Positions 47,245 through 56,464 of a stretch of DNA of 64,000 nucleotides are shown piece by piece. A program made the position numbers and the translations under genes. The DNA comes from Gammaproteobacteria bacterium (GTDB taxonomy: Bacteria > Pseudomonadota > Gammaproteobacteria > Steroidobacterales > Foliamicaceae): positions 6,758-70,757 of the forward strand of contig JAPOWV010000016.1 in the NCBI GenBank assembly GCA_026707445.1, written 5' to 3'. Below the pieces are notes generated by a model that saw nothing but the letters and a program-made list of their open reading frames with translations, searched no databases and was not told the origin of the DNA. The first letter of the stretch is position 1. Each line of letters opens with the position of its first letter.

Positions 47245-48516
47245 ATGAAAGCAACAGTGCGTATTTCAGGTTTTTGTGTGGCGCTTTCCGCGGTGCTGGT
47301 TTTGGCGAGTTGCCAGACGACGGGCGGCGTATCGTCGCCGTCCGGCGGACCCCCGGTTTCGATGCCCTCGCCCAGCGGCAGTTCGGGTTCCTCCGGGGGC
47401 TCGCAAGGTTCCATGGGCGGTTCCCAGGGGTCTATGGGCGGCTCCCAGGGGTCCATGGGCGGCTCCCAGGGGTCGATGGGCGGTTCGCAAGGCTCCATGG
47501 GCTCCTCCGGCGGTTCTCGGGGCTCCATGGGTTCAACCGGCGGTTCGCGGGGTTCGATGGGCGGCTCGATGGGTTCCTCCGGGGGTTCCATGGGCTCCAT
47601 GGGCGGCTCGATGGGTTCCTCCGGTGGATCACGTGGTTCCATGAACGGTTCGATGGGATCCGCCGGTGGCTCCATGGGAACACCAGGCGGTTCTCGCGGT
47701 TCGATGGGATCGCAAGGCGGCGCCCAGGGTTCCATGGGTTCCATGGGCTCCTCCGGCGGTTCGGCCGACGGACCTTCGGGCCGGCCGGGCGGTTCCGGGG
47801 GTCAACAGGGCGGTTCCGGGGGTCAACAGGGCGGTTCCGGGGGTCAACAGGGCGGTTCCGGGGGTCAACAGGGCGGTTCCGGGGGTCAACAGGGCGGTTC
47901 CGGGGGTCAACAGGGCGGTTCCGGGGGTCAACAGGCCGGTTCCACGGGAGTCAGCGGTGGCTTCGGAGGCGGGCAGGGCAGCGAGCCCGGCGGCAGAGGA
48001 GGTGCAGGCGGCACCCAGGGCTCGGGCGACCTCGATGGAATCCTGCGTGAATCCATGGAGGGTTACGACCGCGAAATTGCCCGTGAGCGCGGCGCCATGG
48101 CGTCGGCCGGGCAGGGTTCCGCCGCCGGTTCCGGAGGCGCGGGCGGAATGATCGGCGAGCCGGGCGGCTCCGGCGGGGCGATGGTGACCATTCCCAACGC
48201 CGCCGGCGGAGGCATTGGCGGTAGCGGTCAGGGCCCGGGCAGCAAATCGGCCGGCAGCAACGCAGGCGGAAGCAGCACCGGAAGCGGCGGCGGCTCCGGC
48301 GGAGGCGAAGGACAAGGCGGGCCGCTCGAAGACGGTACGGCGGGCGAGCAGCCGGAGACGAAGATTGAAATTCCGGAAGACATTCAGGAGGCTACCGGCA
48401 AGGAGGACCAGGTGGCGCGGCAGATCCGCGAAGCGGCGGAGCAGGAAGAAGACCCCCGCATACGCGAGGCATTGTGGGACGAATATCGCAAGCACATGGG
48501 GCTGAAAACAAGATGA
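47245..48516 (+). CDS. Lipoprotein with extensive Gly/Ser/Met and Gly/Ser/Gln repeats and a conserved-looking charged C-terminus
   Basis: Signal peptide plus lipobox LASC. Residues ~50-170 are GSQGSMG/GSMGGS-type repeats, with Met spaced mostly 4-9 residues apart. Residues 182-230 are seven exact GGSGGQQ units. The C-terminus is EDIQEATGKEDQVARQIREAAEQEEDPRIREALWDEYRKHMG. Confidence 0.75.
   Translation: MKATVRISGFCVALSAVLVLASCQTTGGVSSPSGGPPVSMPSPSGSSGSSGGSQGSMGGSQGSMGGSQGSMGGSQGSMGGSQGSMGSSGGSRGSMGSTGGSRGSMGGSMGSSGGSMGSMGGSMGSSGGSRGSMNGSMGSAGGSMGTPGGSRGSMGSQGGAQGSMGSMGSSGGSADGPSGRPGGSGGQQGGSGGQQGGSGGQQGGSGGQQGGSGGQQGGSGGQQGGSGGQQAGSTGVSGGFGGGQGSEPGGRGGAGGTQGSGDLDGILRESMEGYDREIARERGAMASAGQGSAAGSGGAGGMIGEPGGSGGAMVTIPNAAGGGIGGSGQGPGSKSAGSNAGGSSTGSGGGSGGGEGQGGPLEDGTAGEQPETKIEIPEDIQEATGKEDQVARQIREAAEQEEDPRIREALWDEYRKHMGLKTR
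47788..47934 (+). repeat. Perfect in-frame tandem repeat, 7 x 21 bp (ggcggttccgggggtcaacag)
   Basis: Seven identical 21-nt units read directly from the sequence. They encode (GGSGGQQ)x7 inside the lipoprotein gene. Confidence 0.95.
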
Positions 48517-49742
48517 ACCGGTTGATCACGACTCTCGGCCTGGCTGCCTGCATCATTGTGCTGGGCGCCTGCACGTCCGCGCGCGAGGTCCAGTACACCC
48601 AGGTGGGGCTGCAGCGGGCGGAGGCCGAAATTGCACCGGAATCCCTGCTGAACGTGGGCATCCTGGTGTTTGATGCGGGGCTGCCCGAAGGCGCGAGCGA
48701 CCAGGAACTCAACGACCGTTTCATCTTTCCCGAGATTCGCCGCGCCGAGGCGCGCTTCATGCCGTACCACCTCAAGAACACGCTTGAGACTACCGGCTAT
48801 TGGGGGGCGGTAAGCGTCCTTCCCGAATACAGCCCGGTTGCGGATGTCGTGATTTCGGGCCGGATCGACCAATCGGACGGCTACAGCGCGCAACTGCGTG
48901 TCGGCGCCTGGGACTCTTCCGGCCGGCAGTGGTTCGAAAACAACTATGAGATGCTGGTCGCGGAGCAGGCCTACATTCGCAACACCGGTCCCGGCCAGGA
49001 CCCGTACCAGAACATCTATAACCGGATCGCCAATGACCTGCTGCAGGCGCGCGCGCAGTTGAGTTCCGGCGATTTGCAGCGCGTGCGCGAGATCAGCGAT
49101 CTGCGCTACGGACAGAGCCTGGTGCCGCAAGCCTTCAGCGGTTACCTGGAAGAGACCGGCAAGGGCCAGTATGAAGTCAGGCGCCTGCCGGCTGCCGACG
49201 AGCCCATGGTCAGTCGCATGCGCGAAGTGCGCGAACGGGAGTACGCGCTGATCGACGCCGTCAACGAGCATTACGCCAACCTCTACTACGGTCTGGGCCG
49301 GCCCTATACGGACTGGCGGCGGATGGCCCGTGAAGGCCGCCTGAGCTACGAGGAGATGCGCAGGTCTGCGAACACGCGCATGCTGCTCGGAGTCCTCGGG
49401 ATTCTCGGCGCGGTTGCATACGAGGCCAGCGGTGGCGACAACATGGGCGTGACCGGCACCATGATCCAGGGCGGCTTCATGGGAATACAGGGGAGCCTGA
49501 GCCGGCGCGAGGAAGCCAGGATGCACGCCGAGGCGCTGCGTGAGGTGGGCGAGTCCTTTGATGCCGAGGCCGAACCCATGGTAGTGGAACTCGAAGGCCA
49601 GACTCGCCGCTTGACCGGCTCCGCCGAGGAAAGGTTTCGCGAATGGCGCCGCCTGTTGCGGGAAATCTACGCCCGTGAGACCGGCGATCTTGAAACGCCG
49701 GGTGTGCAAGAGCCTGAGGGCACGTCCCTGCCGCGCTCCTGA
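48513..49742 (+). CDS. Lipoprotein of unknown function (409 aa)
   Basis: ATGA overlap with the upstream gene. Signal peptide plus lipobox LGAC. The C-terminal third contains a glycine-rich hydrophobic stretch (MLLGVLGILGAVAYEASGG...GTMIQGGFMGIQG). Confidence 0.65.
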   Translation: MNRLITTLGLAACIIVLGACTSAREVQYTQVGLQRAEAEIAPESLLNVGILVFDAGLPEGASDQELNDRFIFPEIRRAEARFMPYHLKNTLETTGYWGAVSVLPEYSPVADVVISGRIDQSDGYSAQLRVGAWDSSGRQWFENNYEMLVAEQAYIRNTGPGQDPYQNIYNRIANDLLQARAQLSSGDLQRVREISDLRYGQSLVPQAFSGYLEETGKGQYEVRRLPAADEPMVSRMREVREREYALIDAVNEHYANLYYGLGRPYTDWRRMAREGRLSYEEMRRSANTRMLLGVLGILGAVAYEASGGDNMGVTGTMIQGGFMGIQGSLSRREEARMHAEALREVGESFDAEAEPMVVELEGQTRRLTGSAEERFREWRRLLREIYARETGDLETPGVQEPEGTSLPRS

Positions 49743-49777
49743 AACGGACTCGAGAACGCCCCGTGCCCGGCGACTCG

Positions 49778-52096
49778 ATGACCCGAAGAAAACAAGGCGA
49801 GATGCTGGCAACCCGGTTTCGGCTGGTGCGCCCGTTGGGCTCCGGCGGACTGGGCGAGGTCTGGCTTGCGGAAGATGTTCGTGAAGGCCGTGAACGGGCC
49901 CTGAAGTTGCTGGCGGACGAACATGCACGGCAGCCGGCCCATATTGATCGCTTCCGGCGCGAATTCTCCGTCGCCCAGTCGCTGGTCCACCCGGCCATCG
50001 TGCGTCCGGATGAGTTCCTGTCCGACGGCAACAGCCATTTCTTCACGATGCCCGTGCTGCCGGGCGGCCATGTCGGAGAGCGGTCCGGCGAACCCTGGAG
50101 CGCCGCCGCAAGGCGCCTGCTGCCGGTTTGCGACGCCCTGGCGTATGCGCACCGCAAAGGCGTGGTGCATGGCGATATCAAGCCGCAGAACATTCTGCTG
50201 GACGAGTCCGGCGCGGCCTGCCTGACGGACTTCGGCGCGGCCGAGCTGCCGGACGCAGCCGATAACGGTCGGGGCCGGCGTTCCGGAGGTTCGCTGGCCT
50301 ATATGAGCCCGCAACGGCTTGAGGGCCGCCCGGCGCGGGTCAGCGATGACGTGTATGGGCTGGGCTGCGTCGTCTACGAGTTGTTGTGCGGCTTTCCGCC
50401 ATTCGCGCCGGATATCAGCGAAGAGGCCATTCGCAGCGCGGAACTGGCGCCCCCCGCCGCCCCCGCGGGGCAGCCGCAACTTCCCGACGAGCTGGCCGAA
50501 CTGGTTGGCGCGATGCTGGCGCGCGACGAGGACTCACGTCCGGTGACCATGCAGGCTGTGCGAACCGCCCTGGACGAAATACTGGCGGATTCCGCCACCA
50601 CCGAAGCCCCGTCACAGGCCGCCGCCATTGTCGCGAGGGCGCGCGCCGGCGCCCACGCCGACGACGGAGCGCCCCCGCCGGCGCTGCAACGCAGTTCCGG
50701 AGTGCCCGTGTGGGTGGCCTACGCATTGGGAGGCCTTCTGCTGGCGGCGGCAGCGGTCCTGTTCTTCGTTTTGCCGCGCTTCGCCGAGGAGCGCGCAAGC
50801 CGGCGCCCACCTCCCGAGCGTATTGTTCAGCAGGCGGAGGCGCCCCGCCAGGACATGCAGCTGTTGAGAATGCAGCGCGATGCGGCCGATGCGGCCATGG
50901 GCGACATGTTGCAGGACCGGAATTATCTGGCTTCCCTGCAGCCTTCCCTGTGGTCGGGCGGCGCCTGGGAACAGGCCATTGCCGAGGAGGAGAAGGGGGA
51001 CGACTTCTATCGCCGGCGCGAGTATCCCGACGCGCAGGGCGCATACGGAAAAGCGGGTGCGATGCTGCGTGAGCTGCGCGAACAGGCGCCCGATATTGGC
51101 CGCGGGGCCCTGGAAGAAGCGCTGCAGGCCATCGAATCGGGCGATCAGGCCGCCGCCCTGACGGAACTCGAAAAGGCCGGAATACTTCTCGGAGCGACCG
51201 ATCCGGAAGTGCAATCCGCGTCCCGGCGGGCGGCCCGGGTGCCGGAAACCATGCAGGCCGTGGCCGAAGCGCGGGCCAGCGTGCGTGAAGGCGGCCTGGA
51301 GGAGCAGCGGACGGCCTGGCAGGCGGTGCTCCGGATCGACCCGGAACGGCAGTCCGCCCGCAGGGAGCTGTCGGCGGTCAATGCACGGATCGATCGGCAA
51401 TTGTTCAATTCGCGGATGTCGCGGGGACATGCCGCGCTCGGTGAGGGCGATGTCGAAGCGGCCCGGACCGCGTTCGAGGCCGCCGCGAAACAGCGTCCGA
51501 ACGATCCCGGGCCGGTCGAGGCCCTTGCCGCGCTGGAACTGGAGGAACGCGGGCAGCGGCTGGCGCAACTCCAGGCGGCCGCAATGGCGGGGAGGTTCGC
51601 GGAAGACTGGCCCAGGGCGGCCGTGAATTACCGCGGCATGCTGGAGATCGACTCGAATATCGTTGCGGCGCAGCGCGGACTGGCGGAGTCGGAGCGGCGG
51701 GCGCGCCTGGACGACGCGTTGGAGAACACCATCGCCAACGCCCGGTCGCTGAACCGGGACGATGCCTGGCAAGACGGCAACCGCCTGCTGGACGAAGCCG
51801 CGGCGATTCCCGATCGCGGTTCGCGCCTGGCCGGGCAGATAGGACGTCTTGAGCAGGCCCTGACGGTGGCGGCCACGCCGGCGCCGGTGTGGCTGCGCTC
51901 CGACGGACTTACCGAGGTGACCATCTTTCACGTCGGCCGCCTGGGAAGTTTCGACAGCCGCATGCTTGAGCTCAGGCCCGGCGCCTACACCGCCGTAGGG
52001 ACACGCGACGGCTACCGTGACGTGCGCCGCGAGTTCATCGTGGCGCCGGAAGGACTGCCGGAACCGCTGGTCCTGATCTGTACGGACCCCATCTGA
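49778..52096 (+). CDS. Ser/Thr protein kinase (non-RD type) with a TM segment, TPR-like helical periplasmic region and a PEGA-like C-terminus
   Basis: Kinase subdomains: LGSGGLGEVWLA (G-loop), RALKLL (Lys), VVHGDIKPQNILL (HGD in place of HRD), TDFGAA, and YMSPQRL. A TM helix (WVAYALGGLLLAAAAVLFFVL) is followed by helical repeats. The start is ATG 49778, GTG 49763 or ATG 49802. Confidence 0.88.
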   Translation: MTRRKQGEMLATRFRLVRPLGSGGLGEVWLAEDVREGRERALKLLADEHARQPAHIDRFRREFSVAQSLVHPAIVRPDEFLSDGNSHFFTMPVLPGGHVGERSGEPWSAAARRLLPVCDALAYAHRKGVVHGDIKPQNILLDESGAACLTDFGAAELPDAADNGRGRRSGGSLAYMSPQRLEGRPARVSDDVYGLGCVVYELLCGFPPFAPDISEEAIRSAELAPPAAPAGQPQLPDELAELVGAMLARDEDSRPVTMQAVRTALDEILADSATTEAPSQAAAIVARARAGAHADDGAPPPALQRSSGVPVWVAYALGGLLLAAAAVLFFVLPRFAEERASRRPPPERIVQQAEAPRQDMQLLRMQRDAADAAMGDMLQDRNYLASLQPSLWSGGAWEQAIAEEEKGDDFYRRREYPDAQGAYGKAGAMLRELREQAPDIGRGALEEALQAIESGDQAAALTELEKAGILLGATDPEVQSASRRAARVPETMQAVAEARASVREGGLEEQRTAWQAVLRIDPERQSARRELSAVNARIDRQLFNSRMSRGHAALGEGDVEAARTAFEAAAKQRPNDPGPVEALAALELEERGQRLAQLQAAAMAGRFAEDWPRAAVNYRGMLEIDSNIVAAQRGLAESERRARLDDALENTIANARSLNRDDAWQDGNRLLDEAAAIPDRGSRLAGQIGRLEQALTVAATPAPVWLRSDGLTEVTIFHVGRLGSFDSRMLELRPGAYTAVGTRDGYRDVRREFIVAPEGLPEPLVLICTDPI

Positions 52097-52113
52097 AGCG
52101 GGAAGCGTGAGAC

Positions 52114-54531
52114 ATGGCGCGTGACGTGATTCTCGTGCTTCCCGAAGGGGAGCGCAGACTGGCGGAGAAGGAGTTGCCTGTCCTGCTGGGCAGCGGCGCG
52201 GGCGCGCACATCCGCCTCCCCGGACCGGCCGGCGCGCCGCCGGCTGCCAGCATCAATCTCATTGACGACCGCGCTCTGGTGCAGTGCTATCCGGGTATTT
52301 CCGGCCTTTCGCTTAACGGCGAGCCGATCAGCGGCGCCCGTTGGCTGGAGCAGGGCGACCGGCTTGCCATTGCCGGGGTCGAGGTAACGCTGGATTCGGT
52401 TGCTCCGGAAACGATGCGCCTGAATGTGAGCTACCTGGCGAGGGCATGGGACACGCGGCCGCCCGAACCGGCGGACGACGAAGACGCCCCGGCGGCGATT
52501 GCGGTTCGCAGGCCCGCCGGGGATTCGCGTTCCGCGCCGGCGCACAAGGGCCGCCTGTGGCTGCGCCTGGCGGCGGGCGTGGTCCTGGCGCTGCTGGGCG
52601 GCAGCGCCTTGTTCGTGTTCACCGCCGAAGGCGTGCTGATCGAAGTGGAGCCCGCCGACGTTGCCGTTGAAGTTGACGCGCTGCTGCCCACTCCGCACGT
52701 GGGGACCCGCTATCTACTCTGGAAAGGCAGGTACCGGGTGCGGGCGGAACGGGAGCGCTATTACCCGCTGGACGAAGAGATCGAGGTGCGTGGCGAAGGC
52801 GGTCAGGAGTTTCGCTTCGCCATGCGGCTGTTGCCCGGACGGGTGGTCGTGGATGCCGTCGCCGGCGCGGAGATCCGCATCGAGGGAATGGACGAGGTGT
52901 TTTCGCCCGGCGAGGAAATTTCGCTGGACCCGGGCACGTACGCCCTTAAGGTCAGCGCGTCCCGCTACAAGGACATGGACGTTCCGCTGGCCGTGGAGGG
53001 CGGCGGCGGACTGGAACCGTTCACGGCCGAACTGGAGCCGGACTGGGCGGAGATCACGGCCGGCAGCGATCCGCCCGGGGCTGAATTGCGCTCGGAAGGA
53101 CAGATCCTGGGGGTAACGCCGGCGACCGTGGAATTGCTGTCCGGCGAGCGCATGCTGTCGTTCTCAAGGCCGGGATTCGCCACGCATCGCGAACGGCTGA
53201 CCGTGGTTGCGGGCTCGCCGCAGGTCCTGCCGACCATCCGCCTGCAACCTGCCGCCGGCGTGCTTCGGGTGCAGACCGATCCGCCCGGCGCCAGCATAAC
53301 CGTGGATGGGGACTTTCGCGGAGGATCGCCTGCGACTGTTGAAGTGAGTCCGGACCGAGCGCACCGGGTCGTTGTGTCGCGGGCGGGCTACGAGTCGCAG
53401 GAGCGCACGGTGACGCTGGGGCGCGGCGCCGAGCAGTCCCTGAGCATTCGTCTCGAGCCGCGCCTGGGAACGATTCGCGTCTTGAGCCGCCCTCCCGGAG
53501 CGCAGGTCAGCGTCAACGGGCGGCCCGCGGGACGGACTCCGCTGGACCTGCAATTGCCCTCGACCGAGCAGCAGCTCGAGTTCAGCCTGGAAGGCTACGT
53601 GGCGCAGTCGCGCGAGGTGGTGCCGCAGCCCGCCTACCCCCAGGAGGTGGAGGTCGAACTCCTGACGCCCCGGCAACAGATGCTGGCCGCCCAGCCCACG
53701 GAAATTGAAACGTCGCAGGGCGCTACCATGGTCATGCTTTCCCCGGGCGAGTTCGAGATGGGGTCGCAGCGCGGCTCGCAGGGATGGCGGAACAACGAGG
53801 TGCGCCGCAGGATCAGGCTCGCGAAACGCTACTACCTGGGCGTGAAGGAAGTCACCAACCGCGAATTTCGCGCGTTCATTCCCAACCACACCTCCGGCGC
53901 GGAGCGTTTCCGCTCGCTGGCGGCCGACAGCAGCCCGGCGGTGAACGTCGACTGGCAGGCCGCCGCGGCCTTCTGCAACTGGCTGAGTTCGCAGGAAAAC
54001 CTGCCGCTTCAGTATCAGAGCCGATCCGGCCGGCTGATTCCGGTGACCGAGCCGGGCGCCGGCTATCGACTGCCGACCGAGGCGGAGTGGGTCTGGGCGG
54101 CCCGCTACCGGGGCGGCGCGGGGAATTCGCGTTACCCCTGGGGCGAGCGTATGCCTCCTCCGGTGCGCTCGGGCAACTATGCCGACCAGTCGGCTAGCGG
54201 CCTTATACCCATCGTGCTGAACGCCTACAACGACAATTTCCCCTTTACGGCCCCGGTCGGTACGTTTCCGGCCAACCCACTGGGCTTCTACGATCTCGGC
54301 GGCAATGCGGCTGAGTGGACGGGCGACTACTACGGTGCGGATACGCTATATCCCGACTTCGAGGTGGACCCGCGCGGTCCGCAGGAAGGGCGCTTTTACG
54401 TGATCCGCGGTTCGAGTTGGCAGCATGGCACGCTGCGCGAACTTCGCTGGGCATATCGCGATCGTGGCGATGAAGCACGGCTCGATGTAGGATTTCGCCT
54501 GGCGCGCTACGCCGAATTGCAGGAACCGTAA
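52114..54531 (+). CDS. FHA - TM - multiple PEGA domains - FGE-sulfatase (SUMF1/EgtB/PvdO-like) domain protein
   Basis: N-terminal FHA-like region (LPVLLGSGAGAHIRL...LSLNGEPISGARWLEQGDRLAIAGVEVTL) and a TM helix (LRLAAGVVLALLGGSALFVF). At least three PEGA-like units (e.g. LRVQTDPPGASITVDGDFRGGSPATVEV, IRVLSRPPGAQVSVNGRPAGRTPLDLQL). The C-terminal FGE block is YLGVKEVTNREF...GYRLPTEAEWVWAAR...GFYDLGGNAAEW...RGSSW...GFRLARY. Confidence 0.82.
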   Translation: MARDVILVLPEGERRLAEKELPVLLGSGAGAHIRLPGPAGAPPAASINLIDDRALVQCYPGISGLSLNGEPISGARWLEQGDRLAIAGVEVTLDSVAPETMRLNVSYLARAWDTRPPEPADDEDAPAAIAVRRPAGDSRSAPAHKGRLWLRLAAGVVLALLGGSALFVFTAEGVLIEVEPADVAVEVDALLPTPHVGTRYLLWKGRYRVRAERERYYPLDEEIEVRGEGGQEFRFAMRLLPGRVVVDAVAGAEIRIEGMDEVFSPGEEISLDPGTYALKVSASRYKDMDVPLAVEGGGGLEPFTAELEPDWAEITAGSDPPGAELRSEGQILGVTPATVELLSGERMLSFSRPGFATHRERLTVVAGSPQVLPTIRLQPAAGVLRVQTDPPGASITVDGDFRGGSPATVEVSPDRAHRVVVSRAGYESQERTVTLGRGAEQSLSIRLEPRLGTIRVLSRPPGAQVSVNGRPAGRTPLDLQLPSTEQQLEFSLEGYVAQSREVVPQPAYPQEVEVELLTPRQQMLAAQPTEIETSQGATMVMLSPGEFEMGSQRGSQGWRNNEVRRRIRLAKRYYLGVKEVTNREFRAFIPNHTSGAERFRSLAADSSPAVNVDWQAAAAFCNWLSSQENLPLQYQSRSGRLIPVTEPGAGYRLPTEAEWVWAARYRGGAGNSRYPWGERMPPPVRSGNYADQSASGLIPIVLNAYNDNFPFTAPVGTFPANPLGFYDLGGNAAEWTGDYYGADTLYPDFEVDPRGPQEGRFYVIRGSSWQHGTLRELRWAYRDRGDEARLDVGFRLARYAELQEP

Positions 54532-54902
54532 TGAAGAAGGTCATCGCAGTCGCCGCCCTAATCGGCCTGGCCGTGGGCCTGACCTGGGCCGCCGAACGGG
54601 TGGGCGGCTGGCTGGGGTTCGCTCAGCAGGACAGGATCGTGGAGGACGCCGAACCCGGCAACGAAAGCGCCTCCCCTGGGAGTGGGGGTGTCCCGTCCTC
54701 CAACGAAACTCCCCTCGATGCGCCCGCCCGGGGAGAAGACGAAGCCCCCGCACAGCAAGAACTTTCCGCCGAGGTCACTTCGATCGAGGACGACCTGGCC
54801 CGCATCAAGGAAGCGCTCGGCAGCGATGAGGTCCTGGAGGAGTTCACGCCGGAGGAGCCCCTGTCGGCGGACAATCCGGTAGTCTGGCCAACCGATATTT
54901 GA
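54531..54902 (+). CDS. Small exported or membrane-anchored acidic protein (123 aa)
   Basis: 1-nt overlap with the upstream stop. Hydrophobic N-terminus MKKVIAVAALIGLAVGLTWA, then a Pro/Glu/Ser-rich acidic region. It is the last gene of the operon. Confidence 0.55.
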   Translation: MKKVIAVAALIGLAVGLTWAAERVGGWLGFAQQDRIVEDAEPGNESASPGSGGVPSSNETPLDAPARGEDEAPAQQELSAEVTSIEDDLARIKEALGSDEVLEEFTPEEPLSADNPVVWPTDI

Positions 54903-54918
54903 GCGGGCGAATGCCCGG

Positions 54919-56412
54919 TCAGGCGCGAAGACGGATCCGGTAGTCCAGGTCCAGCCTTTCCGCCAGAGCGCGCAAGCGCCGCTGGACGGTGTTCCCGACC
55001 AGGATGTGGGCGCCTTCGGGCGCCGTCAGCACGAGTTCTCCCGGTTTCCGTTGCAGTCGGAATTGCTCGAGGACGCTGACGGCCCCGCCGGAAATCGTGT
55101 AGGCGAGGCGCATGGCCAGCCCGATGCAGACTGCCCGGCGTTTTTCCCTCTTGTCGACGAGTTGGCCGAGGCCCAGGCGCTTCAAGGCCGGGGTAATGGC
55201 GGCGTGTCGCGATGCGACGGCCAGCCCGAGCATGATCCGCTCGCGGTGATCGGCGCCGGTCAACGGCATCCGCAATATACGCAGGAACACCTGTTCGGCC
55301 CGGTAGTCGGGATGTTCGGACCAGCCGATGTCGGACAGGTGACAGGCAGCCAGCCTGAGCTTGTCCGGCACGACTCCTTCCAGCGCCGGCGCGATCCAGC
55401 CGGCCAGCAAGTCGCCCCCCGAACCTCCTCGGCCCATGCGGCGGGCTGCGCTCTCGCATAGCCAAAGCAGCGGGTCTATCTGCTGTTCGAGCGGAGTCAG
55501 GGCTTCGTACAGGCAGCCTTCGCGCAGGCCGTTGGCGGAGAACACGACCCGCTCGGCGCCGCTGCGTTCCAGCAGGCATTCCAGGGCGACCGCCGCAAAG
55601 GGCAGGGATTCCAGGCGGTCGGCCCGCAGTCCCTTGGCCGATTCCAGGCGCGCGCGGGGCCAGCCGGCCAGCATCGCGCAGAATTCCGAAGCGTCGCGGG
55701 CTTCCAGCGCATAGTGATGTATGACATGCAGGGGGTAGCCCGATTCGTCCATGTGGATCCGGGCCAACGCCCGCCAGGAGCCTCCCACCAGGTATAGAGA
55801 CTGCCGCTGCGCCCGCGGCAGCCAGTCGAGCCCGTCAAGCTGGTCCCCAATGGCCTCCCGGCTTTCCCCAATAGGCTCCTCGCCGTTTCCGCGCACCGTG
55901 CCCAGCGGCAGCGATACGCGCTCGGCCACGCTCCCGTTGTCGAGAAGCGTCAGTTCCAGGCTGGCGCCGCCGAGATCGGCCGCAACGCCGCTCGCCCCGG
56001 GAATTGCGCTGAGGACTCCGCCGGCTGAAACTTCGGCTTCCCGGTCTCCCGTCAGCAAGCGGACGCCCAGGCCGCATTCGTTGCGCACGGTCTCGAGGAA
56101 CTCCGGTCCGTTGCTTGCCTCCCGGACGGCTGCGGTCGCTACCGCCTGTACATCGAGAACCCCCATTTGCGGGCACAGTCGGGCGAACCGGTGCAGGCTT
56201 TCCAGGGTCATCCCGATGCCGTCTTCGGACATTCTTCCGGTCCGGTCCAGCCCGCGGCCCAGACCGCACAGGACTTTTTCGTTGAATATCGGCAAGGGCG
56301 CCCGCCCGCCGTTCTCGTAGACCACCAGGCGCACGGAGTTCGAGCCTATGTCGATCACGGCTACCGGCGCCTCGCTTGGGGTCGCGGGGCTGGTTCGCAA
56401 TACGCCCGGCAT
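54919..56412 (-). CDS. ppx: Exopolyphosphatase (Ppx/GppA family)
   Basis: VAVIDIGSNSVRLVVYE, DLGGASLELT, LVGGSWRALAR and a C-terminal HD-like domain. It lies downstream of ppk1. Confidence 0.9.
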   Translation of the reverse strand: MPGVLRTSPATPSEAPVAVIDIGSNSVRLVVYENGGRAPLPIFNEKVLCGLGRGLDRTGRMSEDGIGMTLESLHRFARLCPQMGVLDVQAVATAAVREASNGPEFLETVRNECGLGVRLLTGDREAEVSAGGVLSAIPGASGVAADLGGASLELTLLDNGSVAERVSLPLGTVRGNGEEPIGESREAIGDQLDGLDWLPRAQRQSLYLVGGSWRALARIHMDESGYPLHVIHHYALEARDASEFCAMLAGWPRARLESAKGLRADRLESLPFAAVALECLLERSGAERVVFSANGLREGCLYEALTPLEQQIDPLLWLCESAARRMGRGGSGGDLLAGWIAPALEGVVPDKLRLAACHLSDIGWSEHPDYRAEQVFLRILRMPLTGADHRERIMLGLAVASRHAAITPALKRLGLGQLVDKREKRRAVCIGLAMRLAYTISGGAVSVLEQFRLQRKPGELVLTAPEGAHILVGNTVQRRLRALAERLDLDYRIRLRA

Positions 56413-56464
56413 CGGGGCTTAGGGCCGTGCCCAAGAAGTTATGGCGTTAATCCGCGGCCCCGCA

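Noticed and set aside
46860-47744. The 5' two thirds of the 467-aa minus-strand ORF (46341-47744), which encodes striking PMEP/EPP repeats
   Set aside because: It is the reverse-complement mirror of the Gly/Ser/Met repeat region of the + strand lipoprotein gene. That gene has a signal peptide, a lipobox and operon context. Only the non-mirrored 3' part (46341-46859) was kept, as a low-confidence gene.
47788-47934. The possibility that the 21-bp repeat array is a CRISPR array
   Set aside because: The units are directly adjacent with no spacers, they are in frame inside a coding sequence, and there are no cas genes in the window.
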